A stretch of DNA of 64,000 nucleotides from Eledone cirrhosa (lineage: Eukaryota). The stretch covers positions 14,570,001 through 14,634,000 of the forward strand of contig OZ024764.1 of NCBI GenBank assembly GCA_964016885.1. Reading direction: 5' to 3'. The translations under genes and the position numbers were made by a program. The first letter of the stretch is position 1. The number at the start of each line of letters is the position of its first letter. The notes under the pieces are model-generated. The model was given only the letters and a program-made list of their open reading frames with translations, had not been told where the DNA came from and searched no databases. Shown here piece after piece: positions 38,831-51,589 of this stretch.

Positions 38831-39164
38831 CCTCTTCCCCTCTTCCTCCTCCCTGCCCTCCATCACACACATTAGCCAACATCAGACCCCCCCCACCCGA
38901 CCCCTGCCACTCTCTACGTCCAACAGCCCCCCCCCCCCGACACAGCCATTCCATCACCACCACCCACCACCACCACCACCCACCACCACTGCTGACTACA
39001 ACACCTTCGCCTAATATACCACTGCCGTTGCTGCCACCACCACGCCACCACGCCACCACACCATCATCCAGGATTCTACCAAGAGTAAAAAAACGAAATG
39101 ATGGTTGCTTTGTGACTTTATCTCTGCTGTTGCTGCTGCTGCTGCTGCTACTAGATTGACGATG

Positions 39165-39198
<34 letters not shown>

Positions 39199-39536
39199 TA
39201 AAAAGACTTTTATATTTGAACCTGATGTGATGGGAGTTCTGGTTCGAGTAAAAAAAAAAAAAAAACCCCAAAAAACTTTGAGATCATTCTTTCTCTTTGT
39301 TGTGTAATTATCTCCCCCTTTTTTACGCTCTCTATCTATCTATCTATAGATAGATAGATAAATACATACATACATCTATCTATCTATATCTATCTATCTA
39401 TATCTATCTATCTATATCTATCTATATATCTATATCTATCTCTCTATATCTATATATCTATCTATCTATATCTATATATCTATCTATCTATATCTATATA
39501 TCTATCTATCTCTATATATATCTATCTATATATATA

Positions 39537-39599
<63 letters not shown>

Positions 39600-39646
39600 A
39601 TCTATCTATATCTATCTATCTATCTATCTATCTCTCTATCTCTCTA

Positions 39647-39694
<48 letters not shown>

Positions 39695-40442
39695 TATCTA
39701 TATATCTATTTATCTCTCTCTCTTTCTATCTATCTATCCTATCTTTCTCTTTCTCCTTTTCTCTCCGTTTCTCTATCTATCTCTCTCTCTCTCTCTAACT
39801 CTCACTCTCTCTCTCTCTCACTCTCTCTCTCACTCTCTCTCTCACTCTCTCTCTCACTCTCTCTCTCTCACTCACTCACTCTCTCTCTCACTCTCTCTCT
39901 CTCTCACTATCACTCTCTCTCTCTCTCTCTCACTATCACTCTCTCTCTCTCTCACTCTCTCACACTCTCTCTCTCTCTCACACTCTCTCTCTCTCACACT
40001 CTCTCTCTCTCTCTCTCACTCTCTCTCACTCTCTCTCTCTCTCTCTCACTCTCTCTCAATCTTCCTCTTTCTCCTTTTCTCTTTCTATCTATCTATCAAT
40101 ATACATATATATATATGTATGTATATAGGTGTGTATATGTATGTATGTTGTATATATGTATATATATAGCTATGTATGTATTTATGTATATATATCTATG
40201 TATGTATGTATATATGTATATATATCTATGTATATATATTTATGCATATATATCTATCTATGTATGTATATATATCTATGTATGTATATATATATATCTA
40301 TGTATGTATGTATATATGTATATATATTTATGTATATATATATGTATGTATATGTATGTATATATGTATATATATTTATGTATATATATATGTATGTATA
40401 TATATCTATCTATGTATATATATGTATGTATGTATATATATG

Positions 40443-40481
<39 letters not shown>

Positions 40482-40672
40482 GTATATATATATGTATGTA
40501 TGTATATATATATCTATGTATATATATATATATATCTATGTATGTATATATATCTATCTATGTATGTATGTATATATGTATATATATCTATCTATGTATG
40601 TATGTATATATGTATATATATTTATATATCTATCTATGTATGTATATATGTATATATATTTATATATCTATC

Positions 40673-40703
<31 letters not shown>

Positions 40704-40708
40704 CTATC

Positions 40709-40739
<31 letters not shown>

Positions 40740-40744
40740 CTATG

Positions 40745-40775
<31 letters not shown>

Positions 40776-41900
40776 CTATGTATGTATATATATATGTATG
40801 TATATATATCTATCTATGTATATATATGTATGTATATATATCTATGTATGTATATATATATATGTATGTATATATATCTATCTATGTATGTATGTATATA
40901 TGTATATATATTTATGTATATATATATCTATGTATGTTTCTAAAGCTACTTTTGTAAATAACAAAGCTGTAATAATAATATTAATAATAATAATTGTTTT
41001 GATTTTGTACAGAATAACACCACACCACACCACACCACACCACACTACACCACACCACACCACACCACACCACACCACACCACACCACACCACACCACAC
41101 TACACTACACTACACTACACCACACCACGCCACGCCACACCACACCACACTACACCACACCACACTACACTACACTACACTACACTACACTACACTACAC
41201 TACGCTGCACTACGCTACACTACACTTCACCACACTTCACCACACTACACCACACCACTACACCACTACACCACCACACCACACTACACCACTGCACCAC
41301 CACACCACACCACACCACTACACCACTACACCACTACACCACACCACCACACCACACTACACTACACTACACTACACTACACTACACTACACTACACTAC
41401 ACTACACTACACTACACCACACCACACCACACCACACTACACCACCACACCACCACTACACCACCACACCACCACTACACCACCACACCACCATTACACC
41501 ACCACACCACCATTACACCACCACACCACCACACCACACCACACTACACCACCACACCCCTACACCACACCACACCCCTACACCACACTACACCACCACA
41601 CCCCTACACCACCACACCCCTACACCACCACACCCCTACACCACACCACACTACACCACCACACCCCTACACCACACCACACCCCTACACCACACTACAC
41701 CACACCCCTACACCACACCACACCACACTACACCACCACACCCCTACACCACACCACACCACACTACACCACACCACACCACCACACAACAAAATTGGTT
41801 CAAATGGTTTCCCTTTGCTTTTTTTTTAAAAAATAAAGTTGAATTTATTTTGATGAAGAAATTTGCTTTTATCCCAATTTATTGATGGAAATATATCATG

Positions 41901-44150
41901 TTGTGAACCCTAGGGACTTCTGTGTGTTCAATCTAAAGTGTAGGTTAGTCAAAGGGTTTTGTGAACCCCAGGGACTTCTGTGGGTTCAATCTAAAGTGTA
42001 GGTTAGTCAAAGGGTTTTGTGAACCCCAGGGACTTCTGTGGGTTCAATCTAAAGTGTAGGTTAGTCAAAGGGTTTTGTGAACCCCAGGGACTTCTGTGGG
42101 TTCAATCTAAAGTGTAGGTTAGTCAAAGGGTTTTGTGAACCCTAGGGACTTCTGTGGGTTCAATCTAAAGTGTAGGTTAGTCAAAGGGTTTTGTGAACCC
42201 CAGGGACTTCTGTGGGTTCAATCTAAAGTGTAGGTTAGTCAAAGGGTTTTGTGAACCCCAGGGACTTCTGTGGGTTCAATCTAAAGTGTAGGTTAGTCAG
42301 AGGGTTTTGTGAACCCTAGGGACTTCTGTGGGTTCAATCTAAAGTGTAGGTTAGTCAGAGGGTTTTGTGAACCCTAGGGACTTCTGTGGGTTCAATCTAA
42401 AGTGTAGGTTAGTCAGAGGGTTTTGTGAACCCTAGGGACTTCTGTGGGTTCAATCTAAAGTGTAGGTTAGTCAGAGGGTTTTGTGAACCCTAGGGATTTC
42501 TGTGGGTTCAATCTAAAGTGTAGGTTAGTCAGAGGGTTTTGTGAACCCTAGGGACTTCTGTGGGCTCAATCTAAAGTGAAGGTTAGTCAGAGGGTTTTGT
42601 GAACCCCAGGGACTTCTGTGGGCTCAATCTAAAGTGTAGGCAAGTCAGAGGGTTTTGTGAACCCTAGGGACTTCTGTGGGTTCAATCTAAAGTGAAGGTT
42701 AGTCAGAGGGTTTTGTGAACCCTAGGGACTTCTGTGGGCTCAATCTAAAGTGTAGGCAAGTCAGAGGGTTTTGTGAACCCCAGGGACTTCTGTGGGCTCA
42801 ATCTAAAGTGTAGGCAAGTCAGAGGGTTTTGTGAACCCTAGGGACTTCTGTGGGTTCAATCTAAAGTGAAGGTTAGTCAGAGGGTTTTGTGAACCCTAGG
42901 GACTTCTGTGGGCTCAATCTAAAGTGTATGCAAGTCAGAGGGTTTTGTGAACCCCAGGGACTTCTGTGGGTTCAATCTAAAGTGTAGGCAAGTCAGAGGG
43001 TTTTGTGAACCCCAGGGACTTCTGTGGGTTCAATCTAAAGTGTAGGTTAGTCAGAGGGTTTTGTGAACCCCAGGGACTTCTGTGGGTTCAATCTAAAGTG
43101 TAGGTTTGTCAGAGGGTTTTGTGAACCCCAGGGACTTCTGTGGGTTCAATCTAAAGTGTAGGTTAGTCAGAGGGTTTTGTGAACCCCAGGGACTTCTGTG
43201 GGTTCAATCTAAAGTGTAGGCTTGTCAGAGGGTTTTGTGAACCCCAGGGACTTCTGTGGGTTCAATCTAAAGTGTAGGTTAGTCAGAGGGTTTTGTGAAC
43301 CCCAGGGACTTCTGTGGGTTCAATCTAAAGTGTAGGTTAGTCAGAGGGTTTTGTGAACCCCAGGGACTTCTGTGGGTTCAATCTAAAGTGTAGGTTAGTC
43401 AGAGGGTTTTGTGAACCCCAGGGACTTCTGTGGGTTCAATCTAAAGTGTAGGTTAGTCAGAGGGTTTTGTGAACCCCAGGGACTTCTGTGGGTTCAATCT
43501 AAAGTGTAGGCAAGTCAGAGGGTTTTGTGAACCCCAGGGACTTCTGTGGGTTCAATCTAAAGTGTAGGTTAGTCAGAGGGTTTTGTGAACCCCAGGGACT
43601 TCTGTGGGTTCAATCTAAAGTGTAGGTTAGTCAGAGGGTTTTGTGAACCCCAGGGACTTCTGTGGGTTCAATCCACAGTGTAGGCAAGTCAGAGGGTTTT
43701 GTGAACCCCAGGGACTTCTGTGGGTTCAATCTAAAGTGTAGGTTAGTCAGAGGGTTTTGTGAACCCTAGGGACTTCTGTGGGTTCAATCCACAGTGTAGG
43801 CAAGTCAGAGGGTTTTGTGAACCCCAGGGACTTCTGTGGGTTCAATCCACAGTGTAGGTTAGTCAAAGGGTTTTGTGAATCCTAGGGACTTCTGTGGGTT
43901 CAATCCACAGTGTAGGCAAGTCAAAGGGTTTTGTGAATCCTAGGGGCCACTTGTGGATTCAATTCACTTTGTAGGTTAGTTGGTCATTTGTGAACCCTAG
44001 GTTGGGACCACTGGGTTCAATCCAGTGTAGGTTAGTCACTGTTTTGTGAACCCTATGGACCACCTAGGTTCAATCCACAGTGCTGGTTAGTCACTGTTTT
44101 GTGAACCCCAGGGACCACCTACGTTCAATCCACAGTGTAGGCCAGTTGCT
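41901..44150. repeat. 58-bp satellite (~35 homogeneous units plus a diverged tail)
   Basis: Unit tgtgaaccccagggacttctgtgggttcaatctaaagtgtaggttagtcagagggttt; period 58. Confidence 0.95.
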
Positions 44151-44663
44151 GCTTTAAAAGTGGGCCTATTAAACTATTAGATGAAATGGAGTGCTGTGTC
44201 TTCTATTGCAATTTATTTATGGAAATATATCTCAATATGGATTGGGTGCTTTTTGTTGTGTGACCAGCACAACCACCTTACAGAGTGAACTGGGTGCTAT
44301 TGCTATATATATATAGATGTATGTATGTATGTCATCATCATCATTTTACGTCCGCTTTTCCCTGCTTGCAAGGGTGGGACGGGAACTGGTTCTGGCTTGA
44401 TCTCTACAGCTGGATGCCCTTCCTAACACCAACCTTATTTACAGTGAGTGCTGGGTGCTTTTTTGCCGTGGCACCTCCACGACCACTTTGCAGTGGAATG
44501 ATAGGGACCCCAGTCCCTATCATCTCATTTCTACAGCTGAGTAAACTGGAGCAATGTGAAATAAAGTGTCTTGCTCAAGGAAACAACACATCACCCGGTC
44601 TGAGAATTGAACTCACAACCTTTTGATTGCAAGGCCAATGCTATAACCACTAAGCCATGTGCC

Positions 44664-44716
<53 letters not shown>

Positions 44717-44896
44717 AAAGGATAACAAGGACGATTGGTTACTCCTCCATTGCATTTATTGGTTGGTGACACGTGTTTCACCACTGATCAGCTCAAGGTT
44801 CAATCTGTATCGATCTTACCCGACTCTATAATCGGCAGCACGACGGACCCTTTAAAATGCTAGGGGAATCTGCAGTAACTCCAAGTTACACTCCCT

Positions 44897-44927
<31 letters not shown>

Positions 44928-44985
44928 CGTTATTCCTGGTTGAATCGGAGGTAACCACAGTAAGTAAGGTACTCAATACATTGCA

Positions 44986-45038
44986 GAGATTCCTGATGAT
45001 TTCTAAAGAATGAAACAGTTCTAGTCCTGTAGAATCTC
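44986..45038 (+). ncRNA. Type I hammerhead ribozyme
   Basis: Stem I GAGATTC/GAATCTC; CTGATGA; stem II TTC-taaa-GAA; GAAA; stem III ACAG/CTGT with an 8-nt loop; GUA triplet ending at 45031. Confidence 0.8.
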
Positions 45039-45049
45039 ATCTATATTAA

Positions 45050-45085
<36 letters not shown>

Positions 45086-45353
45086 AACAAGGGGAGAAGA
45101 ATACTGCATGGTTGCGCATGGATTACATATTATAAAATTAGTCCCTCATCAGTGATTTGCCAACCATCATTGGTATTTCATCACATTAAAAATCAAAATA
45201 TACATATATATATATATATACTTGTGTATAATGGTAGCTATGTTGCTTCCATAGGTGGTATGCCAAAATTAGCACTCAATATTCAGCAGAGTAGAGTGTG
45301 GATAGTATTAAAAAAAACGAGAAATCAGTGATGCATCTGGACTCAGTTTATTG

Positions 45354-45445
45354 CGTGTTACAATTGTTTCGCCGACAGGGGAGCTCGAGACGTGGTCCCT
45401 GTATGGATCTGGCTGATTCTACGGCTGCAGGTTCCTTCAGACACG
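45354..45445 (-). ncRNA. Degenerate hammerhead with long stem II
   Basis: Minus strand CGTGT-CTGAAGG(A)...GAAA-CAATTG-TA-ACACG; one core deviation. Confidence 0.5.
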
Positions 45446-45935
45446 GGTAGTTCGTTCGGAGCAAATTTTATCACTGGGGTGTTGTCATAAAAAAAAACAC
45501 CTTCAAAAAACCTCAACCTCTCCTGTCATGCCATTGGCTGTTGTTAATCCACGTCATCTTAAGTTCTGGTCACTATTTACTGCTCACAGGTCATCAGCCA
45601 TTTTCCGTCCAACACACTTCAATGGAGTCATGCTGGGTATATATATATATAAGGATGATGAGTCTAACCCATGCTAGTGTGGAAAGTGGACGTTAAACGA
45701 GGATGATGATGATATATATATATATATAACGAAGGAAATGTGGTAAGAAACCAGGTGGACCATAACGCACCAAAGTACTCAATACTTAGGGTAGTAGAGT
45801 GGGTAATAGGAACGAGTAGGACCCCGATGGCTGTGCTCAAGTCGTTTCGACGGCTAATTCTGGACTAAAATACATTTTAGTCCAGAATTAGCCGTCGAAA
45901 TGGCTTGAGCTCAGCCATCGGGTCCTGCTCGTTCC

Positions 45936-45968
<33 letters not shown>

Positions 45969-45973
45969 ATATA

Positions 45974-46020
<47 letters not shown>

Positions 46021-46067
46021 ATATATACGATATTAACAAATAGAAACTATATTTATAAAACCATATT

Positions 46068-46132
46068 TATTTCATTATAGATATTTCAAGGACACCAAGT
46101 TAAATTACGGTGTGCTTTCATCAGATAAAATA
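46068..46132 (-). ncRNA. Minimal type I hammerhead (family of 27883)
   Basis: Minus strand TATTTTAT-CTGATGA-AAGcACACC...GGTGTcCTT-GAAA-TATCTA-TA-ATGAAATA. Confidence 0.68.
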
Positions 46133-47052
46133 TAATATAGATCAGTTTTATAAATAAATATTGACATACCCTTAAAGAATGCAACCATTACTGTTGGAAG
46201 CTCCAGGAAAGCACACCATAATTTAACTTGGTGTCCTTGAAATATGTATAATGAAATAAATATGGTTTTATAAATATAGTTTCCATTTGTTGATATCGTA
46301 TTTTTACTCCAAATATTTGTTGAGTGCTTTATATCAGTTATAAAAATATTTGCTTGTTGTATCCCAACAATTTAAATAGAACTTTACATATATATATGTG
46401 TGTGTGTGTGTGTGTGTTAAGTATTTCCGTAGAAAGGGTAAAGGAAAAAGAGTTTGCTCTATGTATTGTACAGGGTTATTTAATTACATAGGGCGGTGGA
46501 TTGGCAGTATCGGTAGAGTGTCGGACGCCATGCTTTCTAGCATAGTTACGTCCCTTTACGATCTGAGTTCAAATCCCGCCGAGGTTGACTTTGCCTTTCA
46601 TCCTTACGGGGTCGATAAAATAAAGTACCAGTAATGCACTGGGTAATTGCTGGCCTTGTGCCTAAAGTAGAAACAGTTATTTAATTACATAATAAACAAT
46701 ACAATCTAATTATTTCATTACCGAAGGTTTCATGAAACGAGATGATTCTTGCAAGGAACTTCCAGTTCATTTGTCAGACCAAATAATTATATTGTCTGAC
46801 AAATGAACTGGAATGGAAGTTTTTTGCAAGAATCATCTCGTTTCTTGAATCCTTTGGTAATGAAATAATTAGATTGTATTGTTTATTATGTAATTATATA
46901 TCATCATCATCATCGTTTAACGTCCATCTTCCACGCTAGCATGGGTTTGGACGGGAAGTGTCCCATTCAGGCAAGATGTGGTCGGGTGACCGTGTCTCGC
47001 TCATATAGGACGGTCTGGCAGGTTTTCTACGGCTGGATGCCCTTCCTAACAC

Positions 47053-47100
<48 letters not shown>

Positions 47101-47154
47101 TATATACATATATATATATATATACATATATTTATATATATATATATATATACA

Positions 47155-47245
<91 letters not shown>

Positions 47246-47324
47246 TATATATATATACATATATATATATACACATATATATATATACATATATATATAC
47301 ATATATATATATACACATATATAC

Positions 47325-47393
<69 letters not shown>

Positions 47394-47448
47394 TACATAT
47401 ATATATACATATATATATATATACACATATATACATATACATACACGC

Positions 47449-47479
<31 letters not shown>

Positions 47480-47520
47480 TACATATACATACACACATAT
47501 ATATATATATATATATACAT

Positions 47521-47573
<53 letters not shown>

Positions 47574-47586
47574 TACATATATCACA

Positions 47587-47757
47587 CATGAGGGTTGGTT
47601 GAAAAGTTCATAGGCTGACCAAGATACTCTCATGGAATGACCGAATGTGGTTTATTCTTCAACATAGTCCTTGGAATGAAACAATACATGCAAGATTTCA
47701 CAGCTCTAGCATCACTGATTCATAGTCATCCTATGAACTTTTCAGCTGCCTCTCGTA
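47587..47757. mobile_element. Mariner-type MITE monomer
   Basis: TIRs gagggttggttgaaaagttcatagg and cctatgaacttttcagctgcctctcgTA. Confidence 0.75.
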
Positions 47758-47805
47758 TATTTATTTGTTGTTGTTGTTTTTTTTTTTTTTATTTGTTTTT
47801 TTCAG

Positions 47806-48803
47806 AAATTGGGATTGAATTCCTTGAGGGAGAAATTTGCCCCCATGGCAGAGTTGCACCTGTCGCAGAGGAGAAGGGTAGTGCCGGTGGTGGGGGTGAT
47901 GGTGGTGCTGTTGCTATGGCAACTACTACAGGTGGTGGAGGAGAGAAAAAGAGCAAGAAGAAGAAAAAGAATAATAAGGCCAAGTTCATAAAGGGGGGGG
48001 CCACTACCCCCTCCACCACCACCACCACCACCACCCCTCCACCCTTCAGAGACGGCGACGGTGGTGGTGGTGTGAGCTCAGTGGAAGAGGGGCTGAGGCT
48101 GCAGGAAAAGAACAACTCGCCGGCCACCACTACCTCCTTCACTCCCTCCCCACCGTCCACCTCCACCTCCCCTCCGTCTTCACCGCTGTCGCCCCACCAC
48201 CACCACCACCACCACCACCACGACAACTTGCCCGCCTCCGACGAAAACGTCGAGCTCGCCGAAATTGCGATGGAGGCCTCGTCCGAGATGCGGTTCATCG
48301 GCGACGACACCACGCTGGAAGGTGAGGACGCTTTGCTGTCGATAGAAGCCGACGATGGCGTGAGCGAGACGTCATTATCAACAGCTCCAGCAGCGGAAGA
48401 AGAGAAGAAGAAGAAAAGCAAGAAGAGTGTCAAGGAAGAGAAACTGAAGAAGAAAAAGAAGAATGGCGGCGGTGATGATGATGATGATGGTGGTGGTGGT
48501 AAAGTGGCAGAGGTGGGAGAGGACGGTGGTGAGGGGGACGATGGTGTGGTGATGGAAGCTGTTGAAGCTGACCTGAGTTTCCTGACTGCCCAGCCGGGTA
48601 GTACCGTGTCACCTGCCACCACCACCACCACCACCACCCCTCTGGGAACGCCACCAACACCGCCACCGTCACCACCACCACCACCACCACCCCCACAAAC
48701 AACAACAACAGCAGCAGCAGCAGCAGCAGCAGCGAAACCACCAACGGCCAAAATTGAAAGCCCTACAATCGCTGAAAAGGTTGATCATTGTATTATATGT
48801 TAA
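47806..48803 (+). CDS. Candidate alternative terminal exon (low-complexity, Lys-rich and acidic, ends CIIC*)
   Basis: Strong poly-T/ttcag acceptor; phase 1 start; ~330 open codons; GC/CpG-rich against AT-rich flanks; includes non-repetitive stretches such as DENVELAEIAMEASSEMRFIGDDTTLEGEDALLSIEADD. Confidence 0.6.
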
Positions 48804-49254
48804 GTTTGTTAAATTTTAACACCTGCCCTTTTCCACCCCTCTCTTCCACCCCTCTCTTCCACCCCTCACTTCCACCCCATCTCTTCCACCCCATCTCTTC
48901 CACCCCTCACTTCCACCCCATCTCTTCCACCCCTTCTTCCACCCTTCTCTTCCACCCCATCTCTTCCACCCTTCTCTTCCACCCCATCTCTTCCACCCCT
49001 TCTTCCACCCTTCTCTTCCAACCCTCTCTTCCACCCCCTCTTCCACCCTTCTCTTCCACCCCTCTCTTCCACCCCCTCACTTCCACTCCCACACTTCCAC
49101 TCCCTCACTTCCACTCCCTCACTTCCACCCCTCACTTCCACCCCTCTCTTCCACCCCTCTCTTCCACTCCTTACTTCCACCCCCTCACTTCCACCCCCTC
49201 ACTTCCACCCCTACTTACAGCCCTATTGCTTTTAAATGACTCTAAATCTGCAGC

Positions 49255-50268
49255 TGTGGGTGACGGCAGAATCGGTAGAGCGTCAAACACTGTGCTTTGC
49301 AGAATATGTGACCCTTCATGTTTTTACTTCAAACCCCGACTTTCTCTGAAAACCCCTAATTTGTGGCCTTGTGCCTAAATCAGAAAATGATCGTGGATTG
49401 GCAGAATCGGTAGAGCGTCAGACGCCATGCTTTGCAGCATAGAGTTATGGCCCTTTACGGTCTGAGTTAAAATCCCGCACCGAGGTTAGCTTTGCTTTTC
49501 ATACTTACAGAGGTCGATTAAAATAAAGTACCAGTAATACGCTGGGGGTTGATTTAATCAACTTTCCCGTCTCCCCCCCCCCAAAAAAAAAAATTGTTGG
49601 CGTTGTGCCTAAATCAGAAATAATTATTATTGTAGATTGACAGTACTCGGTAGAGCATCAGACACGCTACTCTGTGGTATAGTTAAGGCCCTTTATTATT
49701 ATGGCAGTATCAGTAGGGGGTCGGACGCCATGCTTTCCAGCATAGAGTTACGTCCCTTTACGATCTGAGTTCAAATCCCACTGAGGTTGACTTTGCCTTT
49801 CATCCTTACGGGGGTCTATAAAATAAAGTACCAGTAATACACTGGGGTAATTGCTGGCCTTGTGCCTACAGTAGAAACAATTATTACAGGGTCGATACAA
49901 TAAAGTACCAGTAATACACTGGGGTAATTGCTGGCCTTGTGCCTAAAGTAGAAACAGTTATTACAGGGTCGATACAATAAAGTACCAGTAATACACTGGG
50001 GTAATTGCTGGCCTGTGCCTAAAGTAGAAACAATTATTACAGGGTCGATACAATAAAGTACCAGTAATACACTGGGGTAATTGCTGGCCTGTGCCTAAAG
50101 TAGAAACAATTATTACAGGGTCGATACAATAAAGTACCAGTAATGTACTGGGGTAATTGCTGGCCTTGTGCCTACAGTAGAAACAATTATTACAGGGTCG
50201 ATAAAATAAAGTACCAGTAATACACTGGGGTAATTGCTGGCCTTGTGCCTAAAGTAGACACAATTATT
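49255..50268 (+). mobile_element. Head-to-tail cluster of the same tRNA-SINE with tandem 3' tails
   Basis: Several SINE heads, then ~6 copies of a ~77-bp tail unit. Confidence 0.8.
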
Positions 50269-50513
50269 ATTTTTATAGTTGTTGTTGTTGTTAATATTTT
50301 CTGCGACGTCTCCTCCTCCTCTTCACTCCATCCCCCTCTCCTCTTTTCTTTCCTTCCAGCTTAAAGCTTTAAATCATCATCATCATCTCTCTCTCTCTCT
50401 ATCCATCTCTCTCTCGCTCTATCTCTATCTATCTCTCTCTCTCTATATATATATATAAATATCTCTCTCCATCTCTCTCTCTCTATATATATATATAAAT
50501 ATCTCTCTCTCCA

Positions 50514-50549
<36 letters not shown>

Positions 50550-50592
50550 AATATCTATCTCTCCCTCCCTCTCTCTATCCATCTATCTCTCT

Positions 50593-50628
<36 letters not shown>

Positions 50629-50669
50629 CTCTATCTCTCTCTCTATATATATATATATATAAATATCTA

Positions 50670-50700
<31 letters not shown>

Positions 50701-50725
50701 ATATATATATATATATAAATATCTA

Positions 50726-50756
<31 letters not shown>

Positions 50757-51589
50757 ATATATATAAAAATCTCTCTCTCTATCTATCTATCTATCTCTCT
50801 CACTCTCTCTATCTCTCTTTCTCTTTTTCTCTCTCCCTGTACCTCCAAACCTCCGACCCCCCCCCCTCCCTGCTTCTAATCCTACCACCTCCAGCCCCCA
50901 CTCATACACCCCCTCCTTTCTACAAACCAAAGACCCCTCCTTTCTATAAACCAAAGACCCCCCCCCTCCTTTCTATAAACAAAATACCCCCCTCCTTTCT
51001 ATAAACCGAAGACCTCCCCCTCACCCTTTCCCCTAAAACTAAACTGCTCATCACCTCCCCTCCAACTCATCTCTCATTCAATCCATTATCTGCTGTGGGA
51101 TCCTCTCAGATTTTCGACAATGCAACCCCACCCCCAGCCAACCCTGCCATCTTAAGGTTCCTCATTCTTAGGCCCTGTCCTCTTAAGTTTCTTCCCTCTC
51201 AAAGCCTCTCCCTCAGGCCCTACTCTCATAAGACATCAGCCCAATAAGACCTGACCCACATAAGGTCCTGCATTCGTAAGTCCCTCCTCCTTGGGCCCTA
51301 CCCTCAAAAGACACCACCCTCAAGGCCCTGCCCTCAAAAGACACCACCCTCAAGGCCTTGCCTTCAAAAGACACCACCCTTAAGGCCACTCATTCGTAGA
51401 CCCCCGCCTTCATAACACTCCACCCACATAGACCCTGCGCTTGTGTTGCCCCACCCTCATAAAGGCCAAATCTGGTTAGTCCCACCCACACATGCCATGA
51501 TCCTAGGTTACAGAGGGATATGTTGCCCTACCCATGTATGTATATTTGACTGCTAAAGATTTGATATCCCACCAGTGTCTTTAGAGGGG

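Noticed and set aside
36066-39159. Long ORFs (TPTAV mucin-like repeats; SLSLPL runs)
   Set aside because: 15-bp minisatellite and CT microsatellite, open in several frames and on both strands; no convincing splice sites or unique coding sequence.
39690-41829. ORFs rich in YI/CV/HT (also 15866-16643, 23313-24811, 46936-47633, 55546-56260, 61122-62572)
   Set aside because: Translations of (TA)n, (TG)n and (CAC)n microsatellites.
41901-43960. CRISPR-like regular array
   Set aside because: Units are contiguous with no unique spacers, there are no cas genes, and the context is eukaryotic.
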